NCBI GenBank assembly: GCA_032718475.1
Contig: JAUCBJ010007342.1
Location: 28,948 to 92,947, forward strand
Source of the DNA: Nemertoderma westbladi
Taxonomy: Eukaryota > Animalia > Xenacoelomorpha
DNA: 64,000 bases
Direction of reading: 5' to 3'
Positions 8,739 to 21,307 of the stretch are shown here, piece by piece; positions within the stretch are counted from its first letter, which is position 1; the number at the start of each line of letters is the position of its first letter. Below the pieces are notes generated by a model. The model had not been told where the DNA came from. It saw nothing but the letters and a program-made list of their open reading frames with translations, and made no database searches. The translations under genes were made by a program, and so were the position numbers.

Positions 8739-10940
8739 CTAGGTTGGACTTTTATCTAACTCAGGCCTGCTGGGATTAGAATTACTTCTTACCTGGGCTG
8801 CTTCCTTTAACCGTAGGTTGCTAAGCATGTCCGTTATAGGTTGGATGTGCGGCGATATAGCTTGCGCTAAACTAGCACTTAACTCATCCCTCGTAATAAA
8901 TTCCTGGCTAGGGTTCTGTTGTATAGTCGGCTCTATCTGAGTAATTCGCTGTCTCTCATATGATCCCTCTTCCGGTTTAACCCGGAAGTTCTCCGTCGAA
9001 CTGGGTCGGCGCTCCGTCCGCGTATTCCAAACCCGCGGGTTCGGTTCGCCAAGTACTCGTCCCGTCGGAGTTTCTTCTCTAAATTCTCCGTTGTCGCGTT
9101 CGGTATACAGTGGTGCGGTGTTCCGATGACGTAGATCCTGGGCGATGGGTGAAGCACTAATACCAACTGGCGTGCGATATGTAGAGAACGGTTTAACGAT
9201 CCGTGTACTCGTAATAGCTGGACCGGGTATAGGAATTCTGGTCGTCGTCGACTCGCGTATAGTCGGAGTTCTCGCTTCCTGTTCGGCCTTCTGCAGTGCG
9301 AACAGCTCTCGCAACTCTGTCCCTACACTCGCCCCACATTCTTCGATCATTCGCATCCCCTTCTCGGCGATTTCATTCGCCTTCCTAGTCCATTCTTCGC
9401 TCTCTAAACTTAATCTCGCACTTTCCAACTGCGCCAGTTTACGCTCTTCTTCTTCCCTCGCTCGTCTCGCTGCGCTCTCTTCTTCCACTCGCGCCTTTTC
9501 TTCATACAATGCGCGTCTTCTTTTTTCGATCTCGAGTTCGCGTTCCTTGCGTCCGCGTTCGAGTTGAAGCTCGCGCTCCTTCTGTTCACGATCGAGTTTC
9601 TTGCGCTCGCGTTCGGCTTGGAGTTCGCGTTTCTTCGCTTCCTGCTCGCGTTCGAGTTGGAGTTCGCGTTTCTTCGCTTCCCGCTCGCATTCAAGTTGGA
9701 GTTCGCATTCTCTCTGTTCGCGTTCGAGTTCCTCGCGCTCGCGCTCGGCTTGGAGTTCGCGTTCCCTTTGCTCGCGTTCCGCTCGCTCGCGCTTACTTAT
9801 CTCTTCCAACTCTCGTAACTCTGCATCCAACTTACGTGTGCGCTCCCGTTCCCGCTCGGCTTCCTTCCGTGCTTCCTGTGCACGCAAAACTTCCGCCTGC
9901 TGTTCGTCTAGTCGGCGTCTTCTCTCCTCCGCCGAGTTGTGAGAAACAAGGGATCTAGCACATATTACCTTACCTCGCGCGTGACTAACCTGGGAATCGC
10001 CGCTGTCTCTAGATGCATCGTCGGGTGGAGTCAACGTCCTCTGTTGGATGTTCTCCGTCGTCGGTAGCACCTGACCTGGTACCACCACTCCATTCTGCAT
10101 CAGCCAGCTAGTAACTTCCCTCTGATAACGGCGCCCTTCTTTATCCTGCGTCTCTTCACGCTCCACTAAGTCTCTCAACTCTGCGTCACTCACCTGAGTC
10201 GCCTGCGTTTGTGATGCCCATAGCAGCCAGTTCTCCGTCCTAACTCGTCGAAATCGCTCCGATAACTCGCGGTGCTCCAACAAGGCTGCTAAAACCCTGT
10301 CGTAAATCCTCGTTGCTACGTCGCTCGACTGAGACTCTACTGCCTTCTTCGCTAGGACTGCAAGCTCCTCCGTCTGCTTGAATAACGCTGAGTTATATCC
10401 TCTTCTAATTTCTACTAACTCTACCCTCCCGATGTTCGCTGAGTCGGCTAACATCTTCCTTACCTTGTCCGTCGTCCGAGTTATATGTCCGGCGTGCGCG
10501 CAAAGTTTCTTCTTTATCGCGATATCAAGTTCTCTCTCGCTTACCTGACTCACACTCGGTGGACTTGAAGGATTATTTCGGGAACTACGGGTACTCCTAA
10601 CAGCCGTCGGGACCACGGCACTTACCATACCCACAGGTCTGGAAACCGGGCTCCGGGCTCTCGCTTCTGCTACACTACTCTCCCTATCACTCACCTCTGT
10701 CCGGGCTGCTGTACAGTCCTTCCTATCAGTAGCGGTAGGGGATCCTAATACTATTACTTGAGGTTGCTCTTCTTCCTCACTAGTCACTGTCTCGTCCTCC
10801 TGTTCACTTACGTCAGCGTCGCTCGCTGCGTCGTCATAGTCGGGATTGTCGTCAACAGTAATGTTTACGCTATCGTCAGTCGGCGGTCCAGCCGCCGTCT
10901 CATAGCTGTCCTCTAGTGCCTCCTTGTCTGAGACACTCAT
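8739..10940 (-). CDS. gag: N-terminal Gag region of element 1 (acidic N-terminus, long E/R-rich coiled coil); joined to the next ORF by an apparent 1-bp indel
   Basis: Similar layout to the N-terminal part of the 2350-aa ORF of element 2 (AHAGHITRT vs GHMAQITRN). Removing one A from the A4 run at 8750-8753 fuses it in frame to ORF 8605..4328. Confidence 0.8.
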   Translation of the reverse strand: MSVSDKEALEDSYETAAGPPTDDSVNITVDDNPDYDDAASDADVSEQEDETVTSEEEEQPQVIVLGSPTATDRKDCTAARTEVSDRESSVAEARARSPVSRPVGMVSAVVPTAVRSTRSSRNNPSSPPSVSQVSERELDIAIKKKLCAHAGHITRTTDKVRKMLADSANIGRVELVEIRRGYNSALFKQTEELAVLAKKAVESQSSDVATRIYDRVLAALLEHRELSERFRRVRTENWLLWASQTQATQVSDAELRDLVEREETQDKEGRRYQREVTSWLMQNGVVVPGQVLPTTENIQQRTLTPPDDASRDSGDSQVSHARGKVICARSLVSHNSAEERRRRLDEQQAEVLRAQEARKEAERERERTRKLDAELRELEEISKRERAEREQRERELQAEREREELEREQRECELQLECEREAKKRELQLEREQEAKKRELQAERERKKLDREQKERELQLERGRKERELEIEKRRRALYEEKARVEEESAARRAREEEERKLAQLESARLSLESEEWTRKANEIAEKGMRMIEECGASVGTELRELFALQKAEQEARTPTIRESTTTRIPIPGPAITSTRIVKPFSTYRTPVGISASPIAQDLRHRNTAPLYTERDNGEFREETPTGRVLGEPNPRVWNTRTERRPSSTENFRVKPEEGSYERQRITQIEPTIQQNPSQEFITRDELSASLAQAISPHIQPITDMLSNLRLKEAAQVRSNSNPSRPELDKSPT

Positions 10941-12218
10941 AGTCTAAATAATGTTTGCCTTCCGGCAAAAATATCTCGCAAAAGTTCGAGATATAATTAT
11001 AATTTAACCGAAAATACGGTCAAATTATTTGTCAAATAATCAGTTGGTCCAAAATGTCAAAATAAATTCGCAATGCAATATTGTGAATTTAATGGGGTAT
11101 ATAGTTATAGCAAATACTAACACAATATTTAAACAAAATATTATTATTTAGCTATTATATAGCATTAAATACCGGTATAGCACAAAATAACTTTGAATCT
11201 AATACAAAATATTCAAAATAAACTTGCCGCCCGAATATTTCTAATTTTATATATATAGCTCTAATCAACGTAATTTTAATTTCAAATATTATATGTATCC
11301 ACTAGCGCGTGGCTACATCTTCGGGTTGCGACTCTCTCTAACTCTCTCTCTAACTTGAGCGATTCAAAACCATGGCCGGCTAAACCTAAATATCCTAACT
11401 AATAAATTGAGTTCAGCTTCGCAGTTAAACAACCGATAATTTTTTACTGCTTCCACAAACACACTGGTGCCAACAGAACAACTAACCTTGTTTGCTGTGA
11501 GATTCCACGTCCGCGTCCAAAGATTCAGGCCCTTCGCTGATTGCAAACCGAACCCGCAGACCCACACGAACCCCAAACTCAGAAGTTCCGTCTTGCCATG
11601 TATCTCCAGATGGTATAAAATAACTAAGCGGTTACCTAACATACCGGTACAAAACTCTAGAATTTTACAAATAATTTTGACCGAAAACTGAATTCTCGCA
11701 AACCTAGCTAAAATTTTCAAAAACTTACTAATTACTGTTTGCCCTAAGGCCTAAGGAACTGCTGTATTCGCAATTAGCAAAACGCACTACCGTACATTCA
11801 CTGTATGCAGTACAGTAAGTAAAACAGTACACCAACCTAACAGCCTAATGTACTACTGTACTATTGTACGCAGCCAGTGAATACAGTAATCTAAACTAAC
11901 AGCCTAAAGGAATATACTCAATGTCTTACTGTACGCTAGCCTATAGCCTACAGCAGACGATCACGTGCTCCAATTTATTGCCTAATACTATGATACTACT
12001 ATCAGCCTAAGAATACTCTATTGACCGCTGCAAGCAACAGCCAATAGCGCGTATTACTGATAAACAACCGCGACCTCTATACTAACAGCAGAACTGTTGA
12101 ACAGACCAATACCCGTTAATATCCTTCTGCCAACCTAATAAGTTCTCGTCTAACCAATAAGACACAAAGACTGCTCTACTGTTAAGTAAAGGGGATCAGG
12201 AGCGTGCTATTACTAAAT

Positions 12219-14448
12219 TGTAAGGGTTGCTAAATACAAAACCGCTACTTACCGTTGGATGGCGCTAATCTGCCGTCCGCTAATATATTTTACTAAATTT
12301 ACACAACTCCTGCAAAATCACTTGTTCCTTTCTCTACCGATCGCTCGATAGAGAGCTAACTGTTCGAATCTATGAGCCACGCGGGAATAACCAAAACAAT
12401 AAACCCGAGTCGGCTCCCTAAGCTTACTTAAGACGAGTGCGAGAGGCCTTGCACTCAGAGTATTCTTACGCCTAATTCTATCACTTATTAAAGCACGCTA
12501 TTACCTACGTCTTTCCTAATCGCGAATACTGGAGGTTCCCTAACGTAATGTGTGAATGCGAGAATATTTAAAATAATCAAAAATGGTACAGTAACTGTTT
12601 CTACGTGGATAGTACCACTCCGAGTCTAAAACTGCCCGCGGCTGGCTTTAGGCCAGCAAAACTACTAGCGTATCGTGCGTACCGAATAGTGCGTTCTAGC
12701 TGATTGCCCGCTAATGCAAATAACCGCTCAGCGTGAATAGTTTACAGTACACTAATTATTACCTTAGCTACTCTCCGCTATGCTGCGTACTAATTCTTAA
12801 TTTTTACTAATTAATTACAGTCACAAATATTTAACAGCGTACTAATTACTAAGAGTTCCAGAATACGTAATTCTAATTTATCACGCAACAGGTTTCGCTA
12901 GTAATAGCCTAAATTGCCGTATTACTTTGACCTAATCAATAACTAATTATTGTAACTAAGAAATAGAAATCAATCAAAGGGAAAAGAGCGCCTATCTAAG
13001 CATTCGTAATCATAGGCACACTTCAATAACACACCAATCAGCGTTAGAAATCACAGTTTACAATTGTGCAATTCACTACTCGTACTCCACACTCAACGTT
13101 GTAATACGCGCAGGCCTCTCCCAGATACATCTAGGATTCCTAACTAACCCAATTCCTGCCCCCCTAATACTAAATAGAGACAAAACCTGGATCATCAGCC
13201 CCCTAGATACTGTACCAGCGATTGGTCTGCGTGCCGCAGTGCAAGATACCCGCCCGCAACGGTGACCCTGGCCAGCGTTGCCCGCTTTGAATCCTCCGCT
13301 CTCTCCTAGTCGCTCAACCCCCCGATGCGCCCACCGCCCACTGGCACCTTAGCCCTCCATGATGCTAATAGCTACCGTAGCGGCGCATGCAAATCACAAA
13401 GTCTGACAGTCTCAGAAATCCCTTAGGATTATTGCGCAGAAAGGAATCACATAGAACCATTAATCAAAGGGTAGAAATCATAGTTCAATTGTAATTAGCA
13501 GCAATCGAAGGAATTATTGAGAAACACAAGCAAAGTAATCGCACTAGCAAATCATTCCAAGAAATTAATCAAAATTAGCAAATTGCAGAAAATACGATAT
13601 CCTAATACAAAATTAGAGACAGCTCAGCAAGTAAATTGTAACAGGGGTGTGTCATGTGATAAGTAAGGGTATACAGTATTAACAGCATGAACATATAGGT
13701 TCTACCGGCACACCGCCAATTTATAGGTGATCCGGATGGGGTGATGCAATAAGGTGACTCAATCGCTCTCCCATTGGCTCTCCAGTCCGTGCTAGCATTA
13801 AACCAACCTGGAAGCAGTTAGTCCAATAAGGAGGCCGGATTGTAGTCCTATCGCTTGCCCAAACCTCGAATTATTACCTTATATGGTAATGGTTCACGTC
13901 CCTGGCCGCTGAATGGCCAGGACAGCGTCCCTATGATAGCCCTACTGATGCTAATATCAGCAAGCACAAAAATCCAGGGTCCGAATAAACTTGCTACCCT
14001 GGGACTATCTACATATATCTTAATACAAAATTACGTAGGTAGGGCTACATACTATACAAAATGGATGGATGCAAAATATATGGGCGTTTTAACTTCCTTA
14101 CCTAAATGTCACCGCACTGTGCCTTATCTAAATAATTATACTGCACAACGGACTAATATTACGTACAGTATAACGGACTAATATTGCATACTGCATAACG
14201 GACTAATACTGCATACAGTATAACGACTAATAATGTGGATACAGCGCCATATACCGTAACACTGCCTGACACCTGATCCGACTTCGCTAGCGAAGTCCAT
14301 TCATTTCATACTGCACTATTGATGTAAGCTGTACTGCTACCGTAGAATGATTTATTAACCAGTATACTTAACCTACAAACAGACAGATAGACAGTTTACT
14401 GGTTTAGTATAGTCCTACCGCCTGACCGCTGCTGGTAGGCCTATATCA
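12219..14448 (-). repeat. Candidate 5' LTR of element 1 (about 2.23 kb)
   Basis: Plus-strand termini TGTAAGGGT...ATCA match those of the element 2 LTRs; length is nearly the same; shared accgct(a)cttacc motif near the inner end. The partner LTR is off-window, so boundaries are inferred. Confidence 0.65.
14140..14244. repeat. About 25-bp tandem repeat (4 copies) in U3 of the element 1 LTR
   Basis: Unit like ataacggactaatattgcatacagt, repeated with variants. Confidence 0.75.
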
Positions 14449-14465
14449 TATCGCTGGATGACGCA

Positions 14466-14760
14466 GAGTGTTGAAAAATAACGATAATAACGCTGAGTTC
14501 AAAAAATATCGAGAGGAAAAATATCGAGAGTAAAAATATCGAGTGTTGAAAAATATCGAGAGTAAAAATATCGAGTGTTGAAAAATATCGAGAGTAAAAA
14601 TATCGAGTGTTGAAAAATATCGAGAGTAAAAATATCGAGTGTTGAAAAATATCGAGAGTAAAAATATCGAGTGTTGAAAAATATCGAGAGTAAAAATATC
14701 GAGTGTTGAAAAATATCGAGAGTAAAAATATCGAGTGTTGAAAAATATCGAGAGTAAAAA
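14466..14760 (-). repeat. 15/17-bp satellite, left (inverted) arm
   Basis: Alternating gagtgttgaaaaatatc and gagagtaaaaatatc units; reverse complement of the 15277-20069 array. Confidence 0.92.
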
Positions 14761-15276
14761 TTTAAAAAGTAAAAAAATTTTTAATAAGGGTTGTATGATA
14801 TTTTTTTTCATAGAAATGATCTAGAACAAAAAAAAGTGTTCTAGAAAAAAATTATTTATCTAAATTGGTAGCTTACACGTGTTCTATAACATTTATAAAA
14901 AGAAGTTGAAACTTCCTGCTACTACCAGGTAACTAATACCAGGTACTAACAAGTATAAAACATTGAAAATGTGATCTAGAACTAAAAAATGTGTTCTATA
15001 ACAAAAAAATTTATCAAAATTTATAGCTAGCACATCTTCTATAATATTTATTAAAAAATAGCAAAAACTAGCTAGTATAATAAATCTGGTAAATGGGTAC
15101 CCAAGGTGTATTACATAATGCCATTCACTTGCACTTGCACTGTTGTAACCCATGCACTGCAACAGCCGGCACAGCATTCTTAAAAATGCAGCTGCAATGC
15201 AGCATGCCGATCCTAGTAGTAGTATGCACTGCAATATTGTCCCATAATTCTAAATAAAATGCTCAAGCAAAATGCA

Positions 15277-18200
15277 ATATTTTTACTCTCGATAGTTTTC
15301 AACACCCGATATTTTTACTCTCGATATTTTTCAACACTCGATATTTTTACTCTCGATATTTTTCAACACTCGATATTTTTACTCTCGATATTTTTCAACA
15401 CTCGATATTTTTACTCTCGATATTTTTCAACACTCGATATTTTTACTCTCGATATTTTTCAACACTCGATATTTTTACTTTCGATATTTTTCAACACTCT
15501 CAACACTCGATATTTTTCAACACTCGTTAATTTTACTCTCGATATTTTTCAACACTCGATATTTTACTCTCGATATTTTTACTCTCGATATTTATCAACA
15601 CTCGATATTTTTCAACACTCGAGATTTTTCAACACTCGATATTTTTACTCTCGATATTTTACAACTCTCGATATTTTTCAACACTCGATATTTTTACTCT
15701 CGATATTTTTACCCTCGATATTTTTCAACACTCGATATTTTTACTCTCGATATTTTTCAACACTCGATATTTTTCAACACTCGAGATTTTTCAACACTCG
15801 ATATTTTTACTCTCGATATTTTTCAACACTCGATATTTTTACTCCCGATATTTTTACCCTCGATATTTTTCAACACTCGATATTTTTACTCTCGATATTT
15901 ATCAACACTCGATATTTTTACTCCCGATATTTTTACCCTCGATATTTTTCAACACTCGATATTTTTACTCTCGATATTTTTCAACACTCGATATTTTTAC
16001 TCTCGATATTTTTCAACACTCGATATTTTTACTCTCGATATTTTTCAACACTCGATACCTCTTTTTACTCTCGATATTTTTCAACACTCGATATTTTTAC
16101 TCTCGATATTTTTCAACTCTCGATATTTTTCAACACTCGAGATTTTTCAACACTCGATATTTTTACTCTCGATATTTTACAACTCTCGATATTTTTCAAC
16201 ACTCGATATTTTTCACTCTCGATATTTTACAACTCTCGATATTTTTCAACACTCGATATTTTTACCCTCGATATTTTTCAACACTCGATATTTTTACTCT
16301 CGATATTTATCAACACTCGATATTTTTCAACACTCGAGATTTTTCAACACTCGATATTTTTACTCTCGATATTTATCAACACTCGATATTTTTCAACACT
16401 CGAGATTTTTCAACACTCGATATTTTTACTCTCGATATTTTACAACTCTCGATATTTTTCAACACTCGATATTTTTACTCTCGATATTTTACAACTCTCG
16501 ATATTTTTCAACACTCGATATTTTTACTCTCGATATTTTACAACTCTCGATATTTTTCAACACTCGATATTTTTACTCTCGATATTTTACAACTCTCGAT
16601 ATTTTTCAACACTCGATATTTTTACCCTCGATATTTTTCAACACTCGATATTTTTACTCTCCATATTTATCAACACTCGATATTTTTCAACACTCGAGAT
16701 TTTTCAACACTCGATATTTTTACTCTCGATATTTTACAACTCTCGATATTTTTCAACACTCGATATTTTTACTCTCGATATTTTTACCCTCGATATTTTT
16801 CAACACTCGATATTTTTACTCTCGATATTTTTCAACATTCGATATTTTTACTCTCGATATTTTTCAACACTCAATATTTTTACTCCCGATATTTTTACCC
16901 TCGATATTTTTCAACACTCGATATTTTTACTCTCGATATTTATCAACACTCGATATTTTTACTCTCGATATTTTTACCCTCGATATTTTTCAACACTTGA
17001 TATTTTTACTCTCGATATTTTTCAACACTCGATATTTTTACTCCCGATATTTTTACCCTCGATATTTTTCAACACTCGAGATTTTTCAACACTCGATATT
17101 TTTAAACGCTCTATATTTTTCAACATTCGATATTTTACTCTCGATATTTTTCAACACTCGATATTTTTACTCTCGATATTTTTCAACACTCGATATTTTT
17201 ACTCCCGATATTTTTACCCTCGATATTTTTCAACACTCGATATTTTTACTCTCGATATTTATCAACACTCGATATTTTTCAACACTCGATATTTTTACTA
17301 TCGATATTTTTCAACACTCGATATTTTTACTCTCGATATTTTTCAACACTCGATATTTTTACTCTCGATATTTTTCAACACTCGATATTTTTACTCCCGA
17401 TATTTTTACCCTCGATATTTTTATTCTCGATATTTTTCAACACTCGATATTTTTACTCTCGATATTTATCAACACTCGATATTTTTCAACACTCGAGATT
17501 TTTCAACACTCGATATTTTTACTCTCGATATTTTACAACACTCGATATTTTTACTCTCGATATTTTTACCCTCGATATTTTTCAACACTCGATATTTTTA
17601 CTCTCGATATTTTTCAACACTCGATATTTTTACTCTCGATATTTTTCAACACTCCATGTTTTTACTCTCGATATTTTTCAACACTCGATATTTTTATTCT
17701 CGATATTTTTCAACACTCCATGTTTTTACTCTCGATATTTATCAACACTCGATATTTTTCAACACTCGAGATTTTTCAACACTCGATATTTTTACCCTCG
17801 ATATTTTTCAACACTCGATATTTTTACTCTCGATATTTTTCAACACTCCATGTTTTTACTCTCGATATTTATCAACACTCGATATTTTTCAACACTCGAG
17901 ATTTTTCAACACTCGATATTTTTACTCTCGATATTTTTCAACACTCGATATTTTTACTCTCGATATTTTTACTCTCGATATTTTTCAACACTCGATATTT
18001 TTACTCTCGATATTTTTCAACACTCGATATTTTTACTCTCGATATTTTTCAACACTCCATGTTTTTACTCTCGATATTTTTCAACACTCGATATTTTTCA
18101 ACACTCGATATTTTTCAACACTCGATATTTTTACTCTCGATATTTTTACCCTCGATATTTTTCAACACTCGATATTTTTACTCTCGATATTTTTCAACAC

Positions 18201-20069
18201 TCGATATTTTTACTCTCGATATTTTTCAACACTCCATGTTTTTACTCTCGATATTTTTCAACACTCGATATTTTTATTCTCGATATTTTTCAACACTCCA
18301 TGTTTTTACTCTCGATATTTATCAACACTCGATATTTTTCAACACTCGAGATTTTTCAACACTCGATATTTTTACCCTCGATATTTTTCAACACTCGATA
18401 TTTTTACTCTCGATATTTTTCAACACTCCATGTTTTTACTCTCGATATTTATCAACACTCGATATTTTTCAACACTCGAGATTTTTCAACACTCGATATT
18501 TTTACTCTCGATATTTTTCAACACTCGATATTTTTACTCTCGATATTTTTCAACACTCGATATTTTTACTCTCGATATTTTTACCCTCAATATTTTTCAA
18601 CACTCGATATTTTTACTCTCGATATTTTTCAACACTCGATATTTTTACTCTCGATATTTTTCAACACTCGATATTTTTACTCTCGATATTTTTCAACACT
18701 CCATGTTTTTACTCTCGATATTTTTCAACACTCGATATTTTTACTCTCGATATTTTTCAACACTCGATATTTTTACTCTCGATATTTTTCAACACTCGAT
18801 ATTTTTACTCTCGATATTTTTCAACACTCGATATTTTTACTCTCGATATTTTTCAACACTCCATGTTTTTACTCTCGATATTTTTCAACACTCGATATTT
18901 TTACTCTCGATATTTATCAACACTCGATATTTTTCAACACTCGATATTTTTCAACACTCGATATTTTTACTCTCGATATTTTTCAACACTCCATGTTTTT
19001 ACTCTCGATATTTATCAACACTCGATATTTTTCAACACTCGAGATTTTTCAACACTCGATATTTTTACTCTCGATATTTTACAACTCTCGATATTTTTCA
19101 ACACTCGATATTTTTACTCTCGATATTTTTACCCTCGATATTTTTCAACACTCGATATTTTTACTCTCGATATTTTTCAACACTCGATATTTTTACTCTC
19201 GATATTTTTCAACACTCCATGTTTTTACTCTCGATATTTTTCAACACTCGATATTTTTACTCTCGATATTTATCAACACTCGATATTTTTCAACACTCGA
19301 GATTTTTCAACATTCGATATTTTTACTCTCGATATTTTGCAACCCTCGATATTTTTCAACACTCATTAATTGTACTCTCGATATTTTTCAACACTCGATA
19401 TTTTTCAACACTCGAGATTTTTCAACACTCGAGATTTTTCAACACTCGATATTTTTACTCTCGATATTTATCAACACTCGAGATTTTTCAACACTCGAGA
19501 TTTTTCAACACTCGATATTTTTACTCTCGATATTTATCAACACTCGATATTTTTCAACACTCGAGATTTTTCAACACTCGAGAATTTTTAACACTCGATA
19601 TTTTTCAACACTCGATATTTTTACTCTCGATATTTATCAACACTCGATATTTTTCAACACTCGAGATTTTTCAACACTCGAGATTTTTCAACACTCGATA
19701 TTTTTCAACACTCTAGATTTTTCAACACTCGATATTTTTACTCTCGATATTTTTCAACACTCGATATTTTTACTCTCGATATTTTTCAACACTCGATATT
19801 TTTCAACACTCGATATTTTTACTCTCGATATTTTTACCCTCGATATTTTTCAACACTCGATATTTTTCAACACTCGTTATTTTCGATATTTTTCATCTCG
19901 CGTTATTTTTACTCTCGATATTTTTTAATCACGTTAATTTTCAACACTCGTTATTTTTACTCTCGATATTTTTTAATCACGTTAATTTTCAACACTCGTT
20001 ATTTTTACTCTCGATATTTTTACTCTCGTTATTTTTACTCTCGATATTTTTGAGTCTCGATATTTTTCA
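15277..20069 (+). repeat. 15/17-bp satellite, right arm (about 4.8 kb) with higher-order variants
   Basis: Units ttactctcgatattt and ttcaacactcgatattt; marker variants (ctccatgttttt, ctcgagattttt, atttatcaac) recur in blocks. Confidence 0.97.
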
Positions 20070-21307
20070 CCATTACCCTTGTAAAACACCTAGTACATAT
20101 TTGCACAATTGCACTACTTTTCAGATAACCATCGAACACATACAGTATATCAGATTAAAAAGAATGATAAATCTCACTGATCTCAGTAAAGAAATCATAC
20201 TACCTCGAATACCCAAATTACATGCTAGTTTGTGGAGGAGGTAATTTCGTGTAACACTGTCGAAAGCTGGTTAAAGCGGCGGGTTGAAAAGAATCAAAAC
20301 AATAAACGAGAGTTAAGAATTGTTTTGACTTTTCCGCGTAGCGAGCAGGTGTAGACGTTACGCTCACTGTCTTACACCGCGCCAGTAGTGGCGGGTCCGA
20401 AATCGCGCCAATAGGGGGTACCACCCTACTAAAAAATTAAAACAAAAAAATAAGACATGAAACACAGTTTCAAGCCATTCGATAATAAATTGTATTGCCC
20501 CGGGTTCTCTCCTTAAACCATGTTGATCTGATCCATATGTTTATGGTACAAGTTGACATTTTTTCTTCCAGGCCTGTTAAATTTTTTCTTCACTGATGTA
20601 AAAGCCTAAGGTTTTTCGCTGAAATCCGCATTTTAACACGCAGAGAGAATATAATATTTTTTAAGATAAGATTGCAATTGTGAATTTATTATTTACAAAA
20701 ATTGAGTTTACTTAGGACTGGGAAAAGGGATTGGTGTTTTGGGTGAATGAGTGGTTTAATATTGCTAGTGACCTGCCTAGAATGCCCGATAAGGAACCGA
20801 CCTTTTATTTCATAAAAAACAGTCAATTGGTAGCGGTTACGAAATTGAGTTTCTAGTTACAAATGTGAGAGTGCTGTACTAAATTGGAGTTCCTGATTAC
20901 ATATGTGTTTCTGGTTACAATTCAGTATTGTGGTTACAAATATGAGCACCCAGTTACAAATTAAACTGCCTAGTTCCAATTTAAAGTAAACAGTAATAAA
21001 TCCAAGCTCCATGTAACAAAATATGTAGGCCTAACATAAATAGATATAGAGAGTGGCTTTGCAGCAAGTTGTAGTAGTTTGACATATCGAATTTGCGTGG
21101 GCCTTAAAGTTGGAAATCAAAAAAATATATTATACAATTGAAAGTGCCGGGCTACCTTTATGTAATTGATGTTTTATTGAAATTGTAATTAATTAATTGT
21201 TATATGTTTTCTATAATTAATTATATTGGCTGAAGTCGTTTACTATATTTGTCATGCGGGAAACTTTATCATAACAATATTTATTAGCAAGTCGTTAGAC
21301 TTGATTA

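Larger units (their letters stand above)
1..14448 (-). mobile_element. Giant BEL/Pao LTR retrotransposon, element 1 (3' end off the window)
   Basis: Minus-strand order gag-PR-RT-RH-IN with BEL/Pao signatures (YLPHHYV, FYMDD, FSDAS, HCPGVLNPAD, GVDCFGP), followed by an extra ORF; candidate 5' LTR at 12219-14448. Confidence 0.9.

Noticed and set aside
8739-8760. Programmed frameshift between the two gag ORFs of element 1
   Set aside because: Removing one A from an A4 run restores the frame, and element 2 is continuous here; an indel or sequencing error is more likely.
2683-9958. Numerous plus-strand ORFs antisense to gag/pol (also 42400-52062)
   Set aside because: Short shadow frames of the minus-strand genes with no motifs.
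15259-19928. Very long ORFs (1485, 790, 692 aa) in the 15/17-bp array
   Set aside because: The repeat lacks stop codons on the plus strand in all frames; the same peptides recur in three frames, so these are satellite artefacts.
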